Shown here piece after piece: positions 9,467 through 19,061 of a DNA stretch of 64,000 nt (position 1 is its first letter; every line of letters starts with the position of its first letter). The notes beneath the pieces were generated by a model. It searched no databases. It saw only the letters and a list, made by a program, of their open reading frames with translations, and was not told the DNA's origin. Made by a program: the position numbers and the translations under genes. Source of the DNA: Deltaproteobacteria bacterium (lineage in GTDB: Bacteria; Desulfobacterota; Binatia; Binatales; Binataceae); contig JAJYRQ010000015.1 in assembly GCA_021794015.1 (NCBI GenBank), forward strand, positions 8,154-72,153. Direction: 5' to 3'.

Positions 9467-11988
9467 ACGCGCACGACGGCGCGGGCAGCCACGCCCGTTT
9501 CATCGGCCGGGACTGGACCAAGGTTGACGGCGCGGCCAAGGCGCGCGGCGAGGCGCGTTATGCCGACGACTTGGCGCTGCCGCGGATGCTCTACGGCAAG
9601 CTTTTGCGCAGCTCGGTCGCCCACGGCATCATCAAGCGCGTCGATGTCGGCCCGGCCTTAAGGCTTCCCGGCGTACATGCCGTCATCACCGCCGCCGATT
9701 TTGCCCCGGTCCGCTTCGGCATCATGCCGAGCAGCCAGGACGAGGAGCCGCTCTGCAAGGAGCGGGTCCGCTACGTCGGCGACCCGGTGGCCGCGGTCGC
9801 GGCGGCCGACGAGGAGACCGCCGAGCGTGCCTGCAACGCAATCGAGGTCGAATACGAGCCGCTCCCGGCGATCATGTCGATCGACGAGGCCCTGGCTGAA
9901 ACCACGGCGCGAATCCAGGACTACGGCGACGGCCCGCTGCCTAACGTTCACAAAAACGTCGCGCTCGAATTCGGAGACCTGGAGCGCGCATTCAGCCAGG
10001 CCGACCATGTGAGGGAAGACCTCTTTTTCTTCCAGGGCAACACCCACCTGCCGATGGAGCAACACTCGGCCGTGGCGCGCTACGAACCCGACCGGCGCAT
10101 CACCCTTTGGAGCTCGACGCAGACACCCCATTACGTCCACCGAGCGCTGGCCAAGGTGCTCGGGATGCCGATGGACCGCATCCGGGTGATTGCCACCCCC
10201 GTGGGCGGCGGTTTCGGCGGCAAGAGCGACCCGTTCAGCCACGAGATTTGCGCCGTACGCCTGGCCCAGCTAACCGGCCGGCCGGTCAAGATAACGCTCA
10301 CCCGCGAAGAGGTCTTTCTCGCCCACCGAGGACGCCATCCGGCGCTGATGTGGCTGCGCACCGGGGTGCGGCGCGACGGTACCATCACCGGCTCGCAAAT
10401 CCGTGTCCTGCTCGACGGCGGCGCTTACGGCTCCTACGGCATTGCAACCACGTATTACACCGGCGCGCTGCAAACGACCACCTACAAGATCCCCGCCTAC
10501 AAGGTGGAAAGCGGCCGGCTGTGGACCAACAAACCACCGTGCGGGCCTAAGCGCGGCCACGGAACTCCTCAGCCGCGCTTCGCGCTGGAAGCGCAACTGG
10601 ACAAGCTCGCCGAGGATCTGGGCATCGATCCCGTCACCCTGCGGCTTAAAAACCTCACTGAACCGTTCACCCGCACCGTTAACCATCTGCGCATCACCAG
10701 CAACGGTCTTAGGGAATGCCTCGAAGGGGTCGCCGAGGCCAGTGAGTTTAGGCGCAAATGGCGTCATCTCCCCTTCGGCCAGGGCGTGGGCATCGCCGTG
10801 AGCAGCTACCTGTGCGGAGCCGGGCTGCCCATCTACTGGAACGACCTGCCGCACAGCGCGGCCCAAATGCGCGCCGACCGCGGCGGCGTCACCCTGCAGT
10901 GCGGCGCCATCGATATCGGCCAAGGCAGCGACTCCGTCCTGGCAGGCGTCGCGGCCGAGGTGCTGGGTCTTAACCCGGACGAAATAAAGCTGGTAACCGC
11001 CGACACCGACCTGACGCCCGTAGACCTCGGCTCCTACAGCAGCCGCGTCACTTTCATGGCGGGCAACGCTGCTTTCGAGGCGGCCTCGAAGCTCTGCGAC
11101 TTCCTGCTCACGGCCGTCTCACGCCACCTCGAGGTAAGCCGCGCCTTGCTGGTGATGGGTGATCACCGGATTTACGACCGGGAGAACCCGGAGTGCGGCG
11201 TCTCCTTCGCCGAGGCGGTAACGCTGGCCGAGGCCCAGTTCGGCACGCTGGTCACCGCGGGCGGCTACAAGCCGCCCGCCTTAGCCGGGCCGTTCAAGGG
11301 CTCCGGCGTCGGCGTCTCGCCGGCTTACTCGTTCAGCGCCTGCGTCGCGCAGGTCAGCGTCGATCCCGGTATCGGCGCGGTGCGTGTCGAGCGCATCTGG
11401 ATCGCTCATGACATCGGCCGCTGCATCAACCGCACCCTGGTCCTCGGACAGGTCGAGGGCGGCGTCTACATGGCGCTGGGCGAGGTGCTGATGGAGGAGC
11501 AGGTCTTCCGTAAGAACCTGCACAAGATACCCTCGATGCTCGAGTACAAGAGCCCGACCTTTCTCGAGATGCCCCCGGTGGAAACCATCCTGGTCGAAAC
11601 CCATGACCCCGAAGGCCCCTTCGGCGCCAAGGAAGTCGGCCAGGGGCCGCTCCTGCCGGTCATCCCGGCAGTGGCCAACGCGGTCTACGACGCAATCGGC
11701 GTCCGCTTCGACGAAATTCCCATAACCCCGGACAAGGTGATCGCTGCCCTGGAGCGAAAGGCGGGCGACCGCCCGGTGCGGGTGGGGCCCAAGCAGTTTC
11801 CGTCCTTCGAGTTCCGCGCCGCGATCAAGGTAGACCCGCCGGACGGCTGGGAGCGGCCATGGTGGACCCCAACCGGCGCGGACGCTGCCGGGTACGCCGA
11901 GGCCAGCCGGGCCATCCAGCCGCCGCCGCGGGCGCCCAGGCCGGCAGCCGGCCGCAGCGAGCCGCGGGGGCGACCGCAGATGCGCTGA
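9463..11988 (+). CDS. hcrA: Molybdopterin hydroxylase large (Mo-cofactor) subunit, 4-hydroxybenzoyl-CoA reductase alpha-like
   Basis: Xanthine-dehydrogenase-family large subunit motifs (ARYADDL, GGGFGGK, GAKEVGQGPLLPVIPAVANAVYDAIG). Start ATG 9463 overlaps the hcrC stop (ATGA). The ORF track starts earlier (9244), but that part overlaps hcrC in another frame. C-terminal ~60 aa are low complexity. Confidence 0.8.
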   Translation: MNAHDGAGSHARFIGRDWTKVDGAAKARGEARYADDLALPRMLYGKLLRSSVAHGIIKRVDVGPALRLPGVHAVITAADFAPVRFGIMPSSQDEEPLCKERVRYVGDPVAAVAAADEETAERACNAIEVEYEPLPAIMSIDEALAETTARIQDYGDGPLPNVHKNVALEFGDLERAFSQADHVREDLFFFQGNTHLPMEQHSAVARYEPDRRITLWSSTQTPHYVHRALAKVLGMPMDRIRVIATPVGGGFGGKSDPFSHEICAVRLAQLTGRPVKITLTREEVFLAHRGRHPALMWLRTGVRRDGTITGSQIRVLLDGGAYGSYGIATTYYTGALQTTTYKIPAYKVESGRLWTNKPPCGPKRGHGTPQPRFALEAQLDKLAEDLGIDPVTLRLKNLTEPFTRTVNHLRITSNGLRECLEGVAEASEFRRKWRHLPFGQGVGIAVSSYLCGAGLPIYWNDLPHSAAQMRADRGGVTLQCGAIDIGQGSDSVLAGVAAEVLGLNPDEIKLVTADTDLTPVDLGSYSSRVTFMAGNAAFEAASKLCDFLLTAVSRHLEVSRALLVMGDHRIYDRENPECGVSFAEAVTLAEAQFGTLVTAGGYKPPALAGPFKGSGVGVSPAYSFSACVAQVSVDPGIGAVRVERIWIAHDIGRCINRTLVLGQVEGGVYMALGEVLMEEQVFRKNLHKIPSMLEYKSPTFLEMPPVETILVETHDPEGPFGAKEVGQGPLLPVIPAVANAVYDAIGVRFDEIPITPDKVIAALERKAGDRPVRVGPKQFPSFEFRAAIKVDPPDGWERPWWTPTGADAAGYAEASRAIQPPPRAPRPAAGRSEPRGRPQMR

Positions 11989-12050
11989 CCCTGGCTTGCC
12001 GGCACGCTTGCCGGCACGCCAATCGGCTGTGGTACTGAGGAGTTGGTCCG

Positions 12051-13073
12051 ATGCTTCGTTTGCCCGCCTTTGAGTACCTGGCGCCGCGCACGCTTGAGGA
12101 AGCCGCGCGGATGCTTGCCGAGGCCGGCGCCGCGGCTTTGCCGGTGGCCGGCGGCACCGATCTCTTTCCCAACATGAAGCGGCGCCAGATGGAGCCGCGC
12201 GTGCTGGTTGGTCTTCGCGGCGTAGCCGAAATGACGCAGCTAAGCGGCAGCGCCGCTCAAGGCTGGCGTCTGGGCGCCGGCATCACGCTTGCCCGGCTTG
12301 CGGCGCATCCGGAACTGCGGCAAAGCTACCCGGCCGTGGCGTTGGCCGCCGAAAGCGTCGCCACGCCCACGCTGCGCAACATGGGCACCGTGGGCGGCAA
12401 CCTCTGCGTCGACACCAGGTGTAACTACTACAACCAGAGCTACGAATGGCGGCGCGCGATCGGCTTCTGCATGAAGAGAGACGGCGATATTTGCCTGGTG
12501 GCTCCGTCCAGTCCGCGCTGCTGGGCGGTAAGCTCGTGCGACACGGCGCCGGCCCTGATGGCGCTGGGGGCGAGCGTGCGCCTGGTGAGCGCGCGGGAGG
12601 AACGCGTCATAGCGCTTCGAGAATTGTACCGCGACGACGGCATCGACTACCTCGCGCTCAAACCGGGAGAAATCCTGAGCGAGATCATGCTGCCGCCGGC
12701 CGACGGTTGGCGTTCCACTTACCGCAAGCTGCGCCGGCGCGGTTCCTTCGACTTCCCGATCCTCGGAGTGGCGGTTGCCCTGCGCATCGGCGCCGACGCC
12801 ATCGTCGAGCAGGCGCGGGTCTGCCTGGCTGCGGCAGCCTCCCATCCGCTCGAGGCCGTAAAGGCTGCCGAAATGCTGGCCGGGAAGAAGCTGCAACCCG
12901 ACGTTATCGCCGCCGTTGCCAACGAGATTTTTCGCGTCGCCAAGCCGGTCGACAACAGCGACCTTACCTTGAGCTACCGCAAGCGGATGGCGCGGGTGCT
13001 GGTCGAACGGGCGCTGCGCGACTTGGCCGAAGCGGCCGCATCCGGCCGAAACGGCCAGGCGCCGGGCGCCTGA
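12051..13073 (+). CDS. hcrB: Molybdopterin hydroxylase FAD-binding medium subunit with Cys-rich insertion, 4-hydroxybenzoyl-CoA reductase beta-like
   Basis: CoxM/XdhB-like FAD domain (LPVAGGTDLFPNMK). It carries a ~50-aa insertion NLCVDTRCNYYNQSYEWRRAIGFCMKRDGDICLVAPSSPRCWAVSSC with six Cys. Among family members, an extra [4Fe-4S] loop in this subunit is specific to 4-hydroxybenzoyl-CoA reductase. Confidence 0.75.
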   Translation: MLRLPAFEYLAPRTLEEAARMLAEAGAAALPVAGGTDLFPNMKRRQMEPRVLVGLRGVAEMTQLSGSAAQGWRLGAGITLARLAAHPELRQSYPAVALAAESVATPTLRNMGTVGGNLCVDTRCNYYNQSYEWRRAIGFCMKRDGDICLVAPSSPRCWAVSSCDTAPALMALGASVRLVSAREERVIALRELYRDDGIDYLALKPGEILSEIMLPPADGWRSTYRKLRRRGSFDFPILGVAVALRIGADAIVEQARVCLAAAASHPLEAVKAAEMLAGKKLQPDVIAAVANEIFRVAKPVDNSDLTLSYRKRMARVLVERALRDLAEAAASGRNGQAPGA

Positions 13074-13206
13074 ACCGCGGCCCGCACCGCGCGCGCGGCC
13101 GCCCGGCTCGCCAAGCCGGCCCCGCAAGGGACCGCCGCTCGGTGTGCAACGGCGGGCTTGGCGCCGGTGGCAAGCGGCGGTCAACGCGATTTTGAGGCTT
13201 TACCCG

Positions 13207-14211
13207 ATGCTGGTACTGGGGATTGAGTCCTCGTGCGACGACGCGTCGGCCGCCGTGCTCAACGTAACGGGGCCGGGGCACGCGGCGGTGCTTTCCAACA
13301 CGCTCGCCACGCAGGAAGACCTCCATCGTCCTTACGGCGGCGTGGTGCCGGAACTCGCCTCGCGCAACCACCTGCTCACGATAATCCCCGTAGTGGAACG
13401 GGCCCTGGCCCAGGCAGGAGCGCCGCTTGAAGCGCTCCAAGGCGTGGCCGTGACCTGCGGGCCGGGCTTGGTCGGCTCGCTGCTGGTCGGCCTGATGTTT
13501 GCCAAGGGACTGGCCCAGCAGCGCGGCCTCCCGCTGGTCGGCGTCAACCATATCGAGGGCCACCTGCTGGCCCCGTTGCTCGAGCACGAGCCAGAGTTCC
13601 CGTTCTTAAGCCTGGTGGTATCCGGCGGCCATACGGAGCTTTTCGTGGTCGAAGATCTGGGCCGCTACCGCCGGCTGGGCCGGACGCACGACGACGCCGC
13701 AGGAGAGGCCTTCGACAAGGTCGCAAAGCTCATGGGGCTTGGGTACCCCGGTGGCAGGGCGATCGACGAAATAGCCACGCGAGGCGACCGGCGCCGACTG
13801 CGCCTGCCGCGCGCCCGTGTGCGCGGCGAGCGCTTTGCCTTCAGTTTCAGCGGCCTTAAGACGGCCGTGGCTCAACTTCTGGCCACAGCCGAAGCGGCGC
13901 AGATCAAGGCCGAGGATCTGGCTGCCAGTTTCCAGGAGGCGGTGGTCGATGCGCTGGTGCGGCCGACGCTGGCGGCCGCCGCCGAGTTCGACCTTCGCAC
14001 GATCACGCTTACCGGCGGCGTGGCCGCCAACTCGCGGCTGCGGGCGCGGCTTAAAGAGCTGGCAGAGGAGCAGGGATGCCGGCTGGTGGCTCCGTCGCTC
14101 GGCTACTGCACCGACAATGCCGCGATGATAGCCCTGGCAGGAAGCTACCGGCTGCTGCGCGGACAAAGCCATGCGCTCGACCTCGACGCCCAGCCCAGCC
14201 TTGCGCTTTAG
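13207..14211 (+). CDS. tsaD: tRNA N6-adenosine threonylcarbamoyltransferase
   Basis: MLVLGIESSCDDASAAVL N-terminus. Kae1/Gcp motifs HIEGHLLAP, VVSGGHTEL, GLGYPGG. Confidence 0.9.
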   Translation: MLVLGIESSCDDASAAVLNVTGPGHAAVLSNTLATQEDLHRPYGGVVPELASRNHLLTIIPVVERALAQAGAPLEALQGVAVTCGPGLVGSLLVGLMFAKGLAQQRGLPLVGVNHIEGHLLAPLLEHEPEFPFLSLVVSGGHTELFVVEDLGRYRRLGRTHDDAAGEAFDKVAKLMGLGYPGGRAIDEIATRGDRRRLRLPRARVRGERFAFSFSGLKTAVAQLLATAEAAQIKAEDLAASFQEAVVDALVRPTLAAAAEFDLRTITLTGGVAANSRLRARLKELAEEQGCRLVAPSLGYCTDNAAMIALAGSYRLLRGQSHALDLDAQPSLAL

Positions 14212-14224
14212 GGGGCGCGCCGCG

Positions 14225-15073
14225 ATGTATCCTGCCGGTCGGCGCGCAACCGGGTCGAGCCCGCGGCAGACAAGGCAGAGCCGCGCCTGGGGGCAGAATT
14301 TTCTCGTGCAGCCGGCCGTGGCGGAGAAAATCGTGAGCGCCGCCACGCTTAAGCCGGGCGACGAAGTCGTCGAGATCGGCCCCGGTAAGGGCGCGCTCAC
14401 CGAATGTCTGACGCGGCGCGCTTTGAGCCGGCTGCTCCTGATCGAGATCGATCCCGAGCTTGCCGAGCTTGCGCGCCGGCGTTTCGGCGCCGGCCCCCGG
14501 GTCGAGGTCGCGGCGGCGGATTTTCTCCAGCTCGACCTCGCCTCCGTGCTCGGCCGCCCGCCGGTTAAGCTTGTGGGCAATCTGCCGTTTTCCAGCGCTG
14601 CGGCGATCCTGCGGCGGGTGAGCGCGCGGCCCGAGCTGATCACCCGGATGGTACTGATGTTTCAAAAAGAAGTCGCCGCCAGGGTGCGCGCCCGGCCCGG
14701 CGACGCCGGCTACGCAGCGCTCAGCGTCTTTTGCGCTTTATGGTGGCAGATCATCGACCACTTCGCGGTCGGGGCCGGAAACTTCTGGCCGCGACCGCGG
14801 GTCGACGCCGAGGTGCTGGTGATGGAACCGCGGCCGCCGGAGTCCTGGGCTGCCGGCCGGCGCGCGCTGATTGAAGGGGTCGTGAGCGGCGCGTTTTTTC
14901 TCCGTCGCAAGCTTTTGCGCAATTCGCTTGCCGCTTATTACGGTGCTGCTCCTGCGGCGGTGGAACGCGCGCTGGAGCTGGCCGAGTTGCCCGCACGCGG
15001 GCGCGCCCAGGAGCTGGCGCGCGCCGATTTCCTGCGCTTGGCCGCGGCGGTCGAGCGGGTTGGCCTGGCCTAA
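14225..15073 (+). CDS. rsmA: 16S rRNA (adenine1518/1519-N6)-dimethyltransferase
   Basis: Hallmark GQNFLVQPAVAEKIV and the SAM-binding EIGPGKGALT motif. Confidence 0.85.
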   Translation: MYPAGRRATGSSPRQTRQSRAWGQNFLVQPAVAEKIVSAATLKPGDEVVEIGPGKGALTECLTRRALSRLLLIEIDPELAELARRRFGAGPRVEVAAADFLQLDLASVLGRPPVKLVGNLPFSSAAAILRRVSARPELITRMVLMFQKEVAARVRARPGDAGYAALSVFCALWWQIIDHFAVGAGNFWPRPRVDAEVLVMEPRPPESWAAGRRALIEGVVSGAFFLRRKLLRNSLAAYYGAAPAAVERALELAELPARGRAQELARADFLRLAAAVERVGLA

Positions 15074-15090
15074 ATCCTTCGGCAAGCACC

Positions 15091-15924
15091 GTGCCCGAGC
15101 TGCCCGAGGTCGAATCGCTGCGCGCAAGCCTGGCGCGCACGCTCGTCGGCCGCACCTGCCTGAGTGTCGAGGTGCGCGAGCAACGGCTGCGCCGGCGCGT
15201 CGATCCCGTTGCGCTCGGCGCGCTGGTCGGGCGCAAATTCGTTGCCGTGGGCCGGCGCGGCAAGTACCTGCTAATCGAACTGAGCGGCCAACTCCTGCTC
15301 CTGGTTCACCTGGGCATGAGCGGAAGCCTCACCCGGCGCCAGAGCGACCTGACGCCTGCCGGACTAAGCGTGCGCCACGACCATCTGACGCTCGCCCTCG
15401 ACGACGGCAGCCGGCTGGTCTACAACGACCCCAGGCGCTTTGGCCTGGTGCGGCTTTTGTCGCTCGGCGAGCGGGATAGCGCGCCCGAACTGCGGATACT
15501 TGGGGCCGAGCCTCTGGAAGACCGGTTCAACGGCGGCTGGCTCTGGCGTCAGGCGCGGCGCCGGCGGGCGGCGCTGAAAAACCTGCTCATGGATCAGCGC
15601 ATCGTGGCCGGCATCGGAAACATCTACGCCGCCGAAATTCTCTTTTGCGCCGCGGTCCGCCCGACCCGGCGCAGCTCCCGGCTCACCCGTGAACAGGCCG
15701 CGCGCATCGTGGAAGCGACCAAGCAGGTGCTGCAACGCTCTATCGGGCGCGGCGGAACGACCTTCCGCAACTACCTCGACGGGCGGGGGGTGCCCGGCCG
15801 CTTTGCCGCCGAGCTGCAAGTATACGGGCGCGCCGGCAAGCCCTGCCGGCGCTGCCGAACGCCGATTGGCGTTGCGCGCCTGGGCCAGCGCGCCACTTTT
15901 TACTGCCCCAAATGCCAGCGCTAG
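15091..15924 (+). CDS. mutM: Formamidopyrimidine-DNA glycosylase
   Basis: N-terminal MPELPEVE (catalytic Pro2/Glu3) and a C-terminal zinc finger CRRCRTPIGVARLGQRATFYCPKCQ. Confidence 0.9.
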   Translation: MPELPEVESLRASLARTLVGRTCLSVEVREQRLRRRVDPVALGALVGRKFVAVGRRGKYLLIELSGQLLLLVHLGMSGSLTRRQSDLTPAGLSVRHDHLTLALDDGSRLVYNDPRRFGLVRLLSLGERDSAPELRILGAEPLEDRFNGGWLWRQARRRRAALKNLLMDQRIVAGIGNIYAAEILFCAAVRPTRRSSRLTREQAARIVEATKQVLQRSIGRGGTTFRNYLDGRGVPGRFAAELQVYGRAGKPCRRCRTPIGVARLGQRATFYCPKCQR

Positions 15925-16149
15925 GGCGCGCCGGCGCATGTTGCCCAGCCAAGGCCGAAAGTGCAAGTTCTTAAGCTGTGAGGCAGAAAAAGTGACAGCC
16001 GGGCCAACCTGTTCCTCTCGCCGCCGGCGCGTCGGGGTCAGTCTCGACCCGCCCCGAGCCGCACGCCAACGGCGGACCTTGGCAAAAGACGCCTCACCTC
16101 GGTTGTCCGCGCCGCCTTGCAGGGCCAAGCGGCCGCGGCTGGTGGCCGG

Positions 16150-16680
16150 ATGAAGCGCTTGTGGCGACGGAGCTGCGACGCCGTTTTGCGGCGCGCCTCC
16201 ATCTCGCAGGCGGCGGCTTGCGCCGCCTTGGCCCTGGCGCTGGCCGGCTGGGCGCTCCAGGGATGCTCGACGATGTCGAGCATCGGAGGCCCCACGCCGC
16301 AGCAGCGCAGGCAAAACGTCGAGACGCTGCTCGCCGCGGCCGGCTTTCGCTCCCTATCGGCTGAAACCTCGCAGCAGCGCCAGCACCTGGGCAACCTGCC
16401 TTCCGGTTCCCTCTACTACTACACCGACTCGCAGGGCGCCCAGCACTACTGGTTCGCCGACCCGACTTACTGTCAGTGCATGTTCTACGGCGACGAGGCC
16501 GCCTACCAGCGCTACGAGGACCTGCGCCTCCAGAACCGGCTGGTCGAGGAACAGCAACAGGCGCAGCAGGCAAACCTCGCCGCTCAACAAATGATGATGA
16601 TGGGACCGATGGGAATGGGAGTTGGACCGTTCATGCCTTTTGGGTTCGGATTTGGGCCGGGAATGGGGTTCGGCTTCTGA
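16150..16680 (+). CDS. Hypothetical lipoprotein with Gln-rich segment and C-terminal Gly/Met/Phe/Pro repeat tail
   Basis: Signal peptide with a lipobox-like ALQGC. Tyr/Trp-rich core YYYTDSQGAQHYWFADPTYCQCMFYGDEAAYQRYEDL. Q-rich stretch, then MMMMGPMGMGVGPFMPFGFGFGPGMGFGF. No recognisable family from sequence alone. Confidence 0.5.
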   Translation: MKRLWRRSCDAVLRRASISQAAACAALALALAGWALQGCSTMSSIGGPTPQQRRQNVETLLAAAGFRSLSAETSQQRQHLGNLPSGSLYYYTDSQGAQHYWFADPTYCQCMFYGDEAAYQRYEDLRLQNRLVEEQQQAQQANLAAQQMMMMGPMGMGVGPFMPFGFGFGPGMGFGF

Positions 16681-16888
16681 TCGCTTTGACAAGCGCGAAG
16701 CCTCGCCGCTATCTCCAAAGCAGAGATAAGCCCTTGCGCCGCGTAGCCAACCCGCAACGTCCGGTCGAAACGGCTACGCCTACCCGCGGGAAGAGTGCTC
16801 GGCGCCGCTGCAAGAACCGCAACCTCTCCGGCGTGGCGGCGGACCCGGCAAACTTGGCGACCGCCGGCAGCGGCCGCAACGGCCGAGG

Positions 16889-17845
16889 TTGATAACGTTG
16901 AACGAAAGCACGGCTCAGCGAACTGCTCGACAAGGCGGCACCAAGCGCGTGCTGGTGACCGGGGGAGCCGGATTTATCGGCTCGCACCTGGTTGCCGCGC
17001 TTGTCGGTCGGGGATTTGAGGTTCGGGTGCTCGACAACCTGAGTTCCGGCCGGCGGGATTACGTCGATGCCGGTGCCGAACTGGTTGAAGCCGATGTCGA
17101 GGACCTAAGCGGCTTTGAATCGGCGTTCGCGGGCGTCGATTGCGTTTTCCACCTGGCGGCTGCGGCGCGGGTCTTGCCCTCGGTGGAGGCGCCTTTGCGC
17201 ACCCACATGGCCAACGTGGTAGGCACGCTCAACACGCTGGTTGCCGCGCGAGAGGCCGGGGTACCTCGCTTTGTCTACGCAGGTTCGTCGTCGGTTTACG
17301 GAGCGCAGGCGCGGCTGCCGCTCAGCGAGGAGATGAGGCCCAACCCGCTCAGCCCCTACGCGGTGCAAAAGCTTGCCGCCGAGCATTACACTCGCCTTTT
17401 CCACCAGCTTTACCAGATGGAGACGCTGACTTTGCGCTACTTCAACGTTTACGGACCGCGCATGGCCGAAGAGGGGCGCTACGCCACGGTGCTCGGCTGC
17501 TTTGCCCGGGCAAAGCGACAAGGCCAGCCGCTGGTCGTCCACGGCGACGGCGAACAGACGCGCGACTTCGCCCACGTGCGCGACGTCGTACGGGCCAACC
17601 TCGCTGCAATGACGGCGCCGGTGGCCGACGGACGAGCGCTCAACGTCGGCTCCGCACGCTCCTTCAGCGTCAACCAAGTCGCCGCAATGGTCGGCGGGCC
17701 GACGCTGCGGATGCCGTCGCGGCCGGGCGACGTACGGCACACCCTTGCCGACCTGACCCGCACCAGGACATCCCTGGGCTGGCAGCCGGAGGTAGACCCA
17801 GAGAAAGGAATCGCCGAGTTCCTGCGCGAAGCGCTCAAGCCGTAG
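16889..17845 (+). CDS. NAD-dependent epimerase/dehydratase (extended SDR; UDP-sugar epimerase or decarboxylase family)
   Basis: Rossmann motif VLVTGGAGFIGSHL. Catalytic YxxxK (SPYAVQKLAAE). Typical NVYGPR motif. Confidence 0.8.
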   Translation: MITLNESTAQRTARQGGTKRVLVTGGAGFIGSHLVAALVGRGFEVRVLDNLSSGRRDYVDAGAELVEADVEDLSGFESAFAGVDCVFHLAAAARVLPSVEAPLRTHMANVVGTLNTLVAAREAGVPRFVYAGSSSVYGAQARLPLSEEMRPNPLSPYAVQKLAAEHYTRLFHQLYQMETLTLRYFNVYGPRMAEEGRYATVLGCFARAKRQGQPLVVHGDGEQTRDFAHVRDVVRANLAAMTAPVADGRALNVGSARSFSVNQVAAMVGGPTLRMPSRPGDVRHTLADLTRTRTSLGWQPEVDPEKGIAEFLREALKP

Positions 17846-17909
17846 CCGGCGCACAAGCCGGCGCTTGCCCGGCCCGCGCCGCTCAGAGCACAGCCGCTGC
17901 GCTTTGCGC

Positions 17910-18812
17910 CTAAACGGGATAGGATGCGCGCCCCAGCCCAAGCCGGCAGCGCGCGGCGTCGATCAGGTTCTGCATCAGGGCGGTCACGGTCATCGGGCCG
18001 GTACCGCCCGGGTTGGGCGTAAGCCAGCCGGCCACTTCTTTAACCCGATCGAAGTCGACATCGCCGCGAAAACGCCCCGGTGCAACCCTGCGGAAGCCGA
18101 CATCTATCACGCAGGCGCCCGGCTTTACCATCTCGGCGGTAATGAGGAAGTTTTCGCCCAGGTCGGCGCCGGCGCAGGCGGCGATTATGTCGGCTCCAAG
18201 GCAAAGCTCCTTCAGCTCGCGCGTGTGCCGATGGCACCAAGTGACCGTGGCGTTGCACATCCTTCCGCCGAGCAGAAAGGCCAGCGGCTTGCCGGCGATG
18301 TCGCTGCGGCCGATGACCACCGCTCGCGCCCCTTCGACCGGTACGCGGTAATAGCTTAGCAGCGCCGCCACGCCGCGCGGCGTGCACGGGAGGAAACCCT
18401 CCGATCTGCCGCGGTAAAGGGCCGTCACCGAAGCCTGGCCGACGCCGTCAATGTCCTTGGCCGGGTCGATGGTGTCGAACAGCCGATAAACGTCGAGCGC
18501 GGGCGGCAGCGGGAGTTGGAGGAGGATACCGTGGATGCGCGGATCGGCATTGAGCTGCGCCATCAGGCGCAACAACGATTCGGTGGACGCCTCGGCACGG
18601 TCGACACGGTGGATCTCCGCGAGAAATCCCAGCTCGGCGGCAGCCTTGCGCTTGTTCTTGACGTACTGCTCGGAGGCCGGCTGGTCGCCCACCAGGACAG
18701 CCGCCAAGCCGGGCACACAGCCGTGGCGCCGCGCCAACTCCTCCGCGTGGCGCTTAAGCTGGGGCCTAAGCCGCTCACTGAGCGCATGGCCGTCCATGAT
18801 CACGCAGCCCAT
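17910..18812 (-). CDS. folD: Bifunctional methylenetetrahydrofolate dehydrogenase / methenyl-THF cyclohydrolase
   Basis: FolD motifs YVKNKRKAAAELG, ILLQLPLP, TPRGVAALL, VIGRSDIAGKPLAFLL, PNPGGTGPMTVTALMQN. Start uncertain (18836, 18812 or 18797). Confidence 0.85.
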   Translation of the reverse strand: MGCVIMDGHALSERLRPQLKRHAEELARRHGCVPGLAAVLVGDQPASEQYVKNKRKAAAELGFLAEIHRVDRAEASTESLLRLMAQLNADPRIHGILLQLPLPPALDVYRLFDTIDPAKDIDGVGQASVTALYRGRSEGFLPCTPRGVAALLSYYRVPVEGARAVVIGRSDIAGKPLAFLLGGRMCNATVTWCHRHTRELKELCLGADIIAACAGADLGENFLITAEMVKPGACVIDVGFRRVAPGRFRGDVDFDRVKEVAGWLTPNPGGTGPMTVTALMQNLIDAARCRLGLGRASYPV

Positions 18813-19061
18813 AACGTCAGGGCCGCAGTATAACACGGCCGGCGCGGCCTAGGGCTATCGGCAACTGGTCGCTGACCAGCCTGTGCAGCAGCGGCTGGTC
18901 AAGACCGGCAGCCGCGTGATCAGACATGCCCGGCACCGCTGGCTCCTTCTGGCGCAAACTCACCTGACGCGACGGCTGCTTGCCGGCATGCTGGGGAGGA
19001 ACGCGGCCCTACTGGCATTCAGCTAATCACCCTGACCTGCACCCCAAGTTTCCCGCATTCA

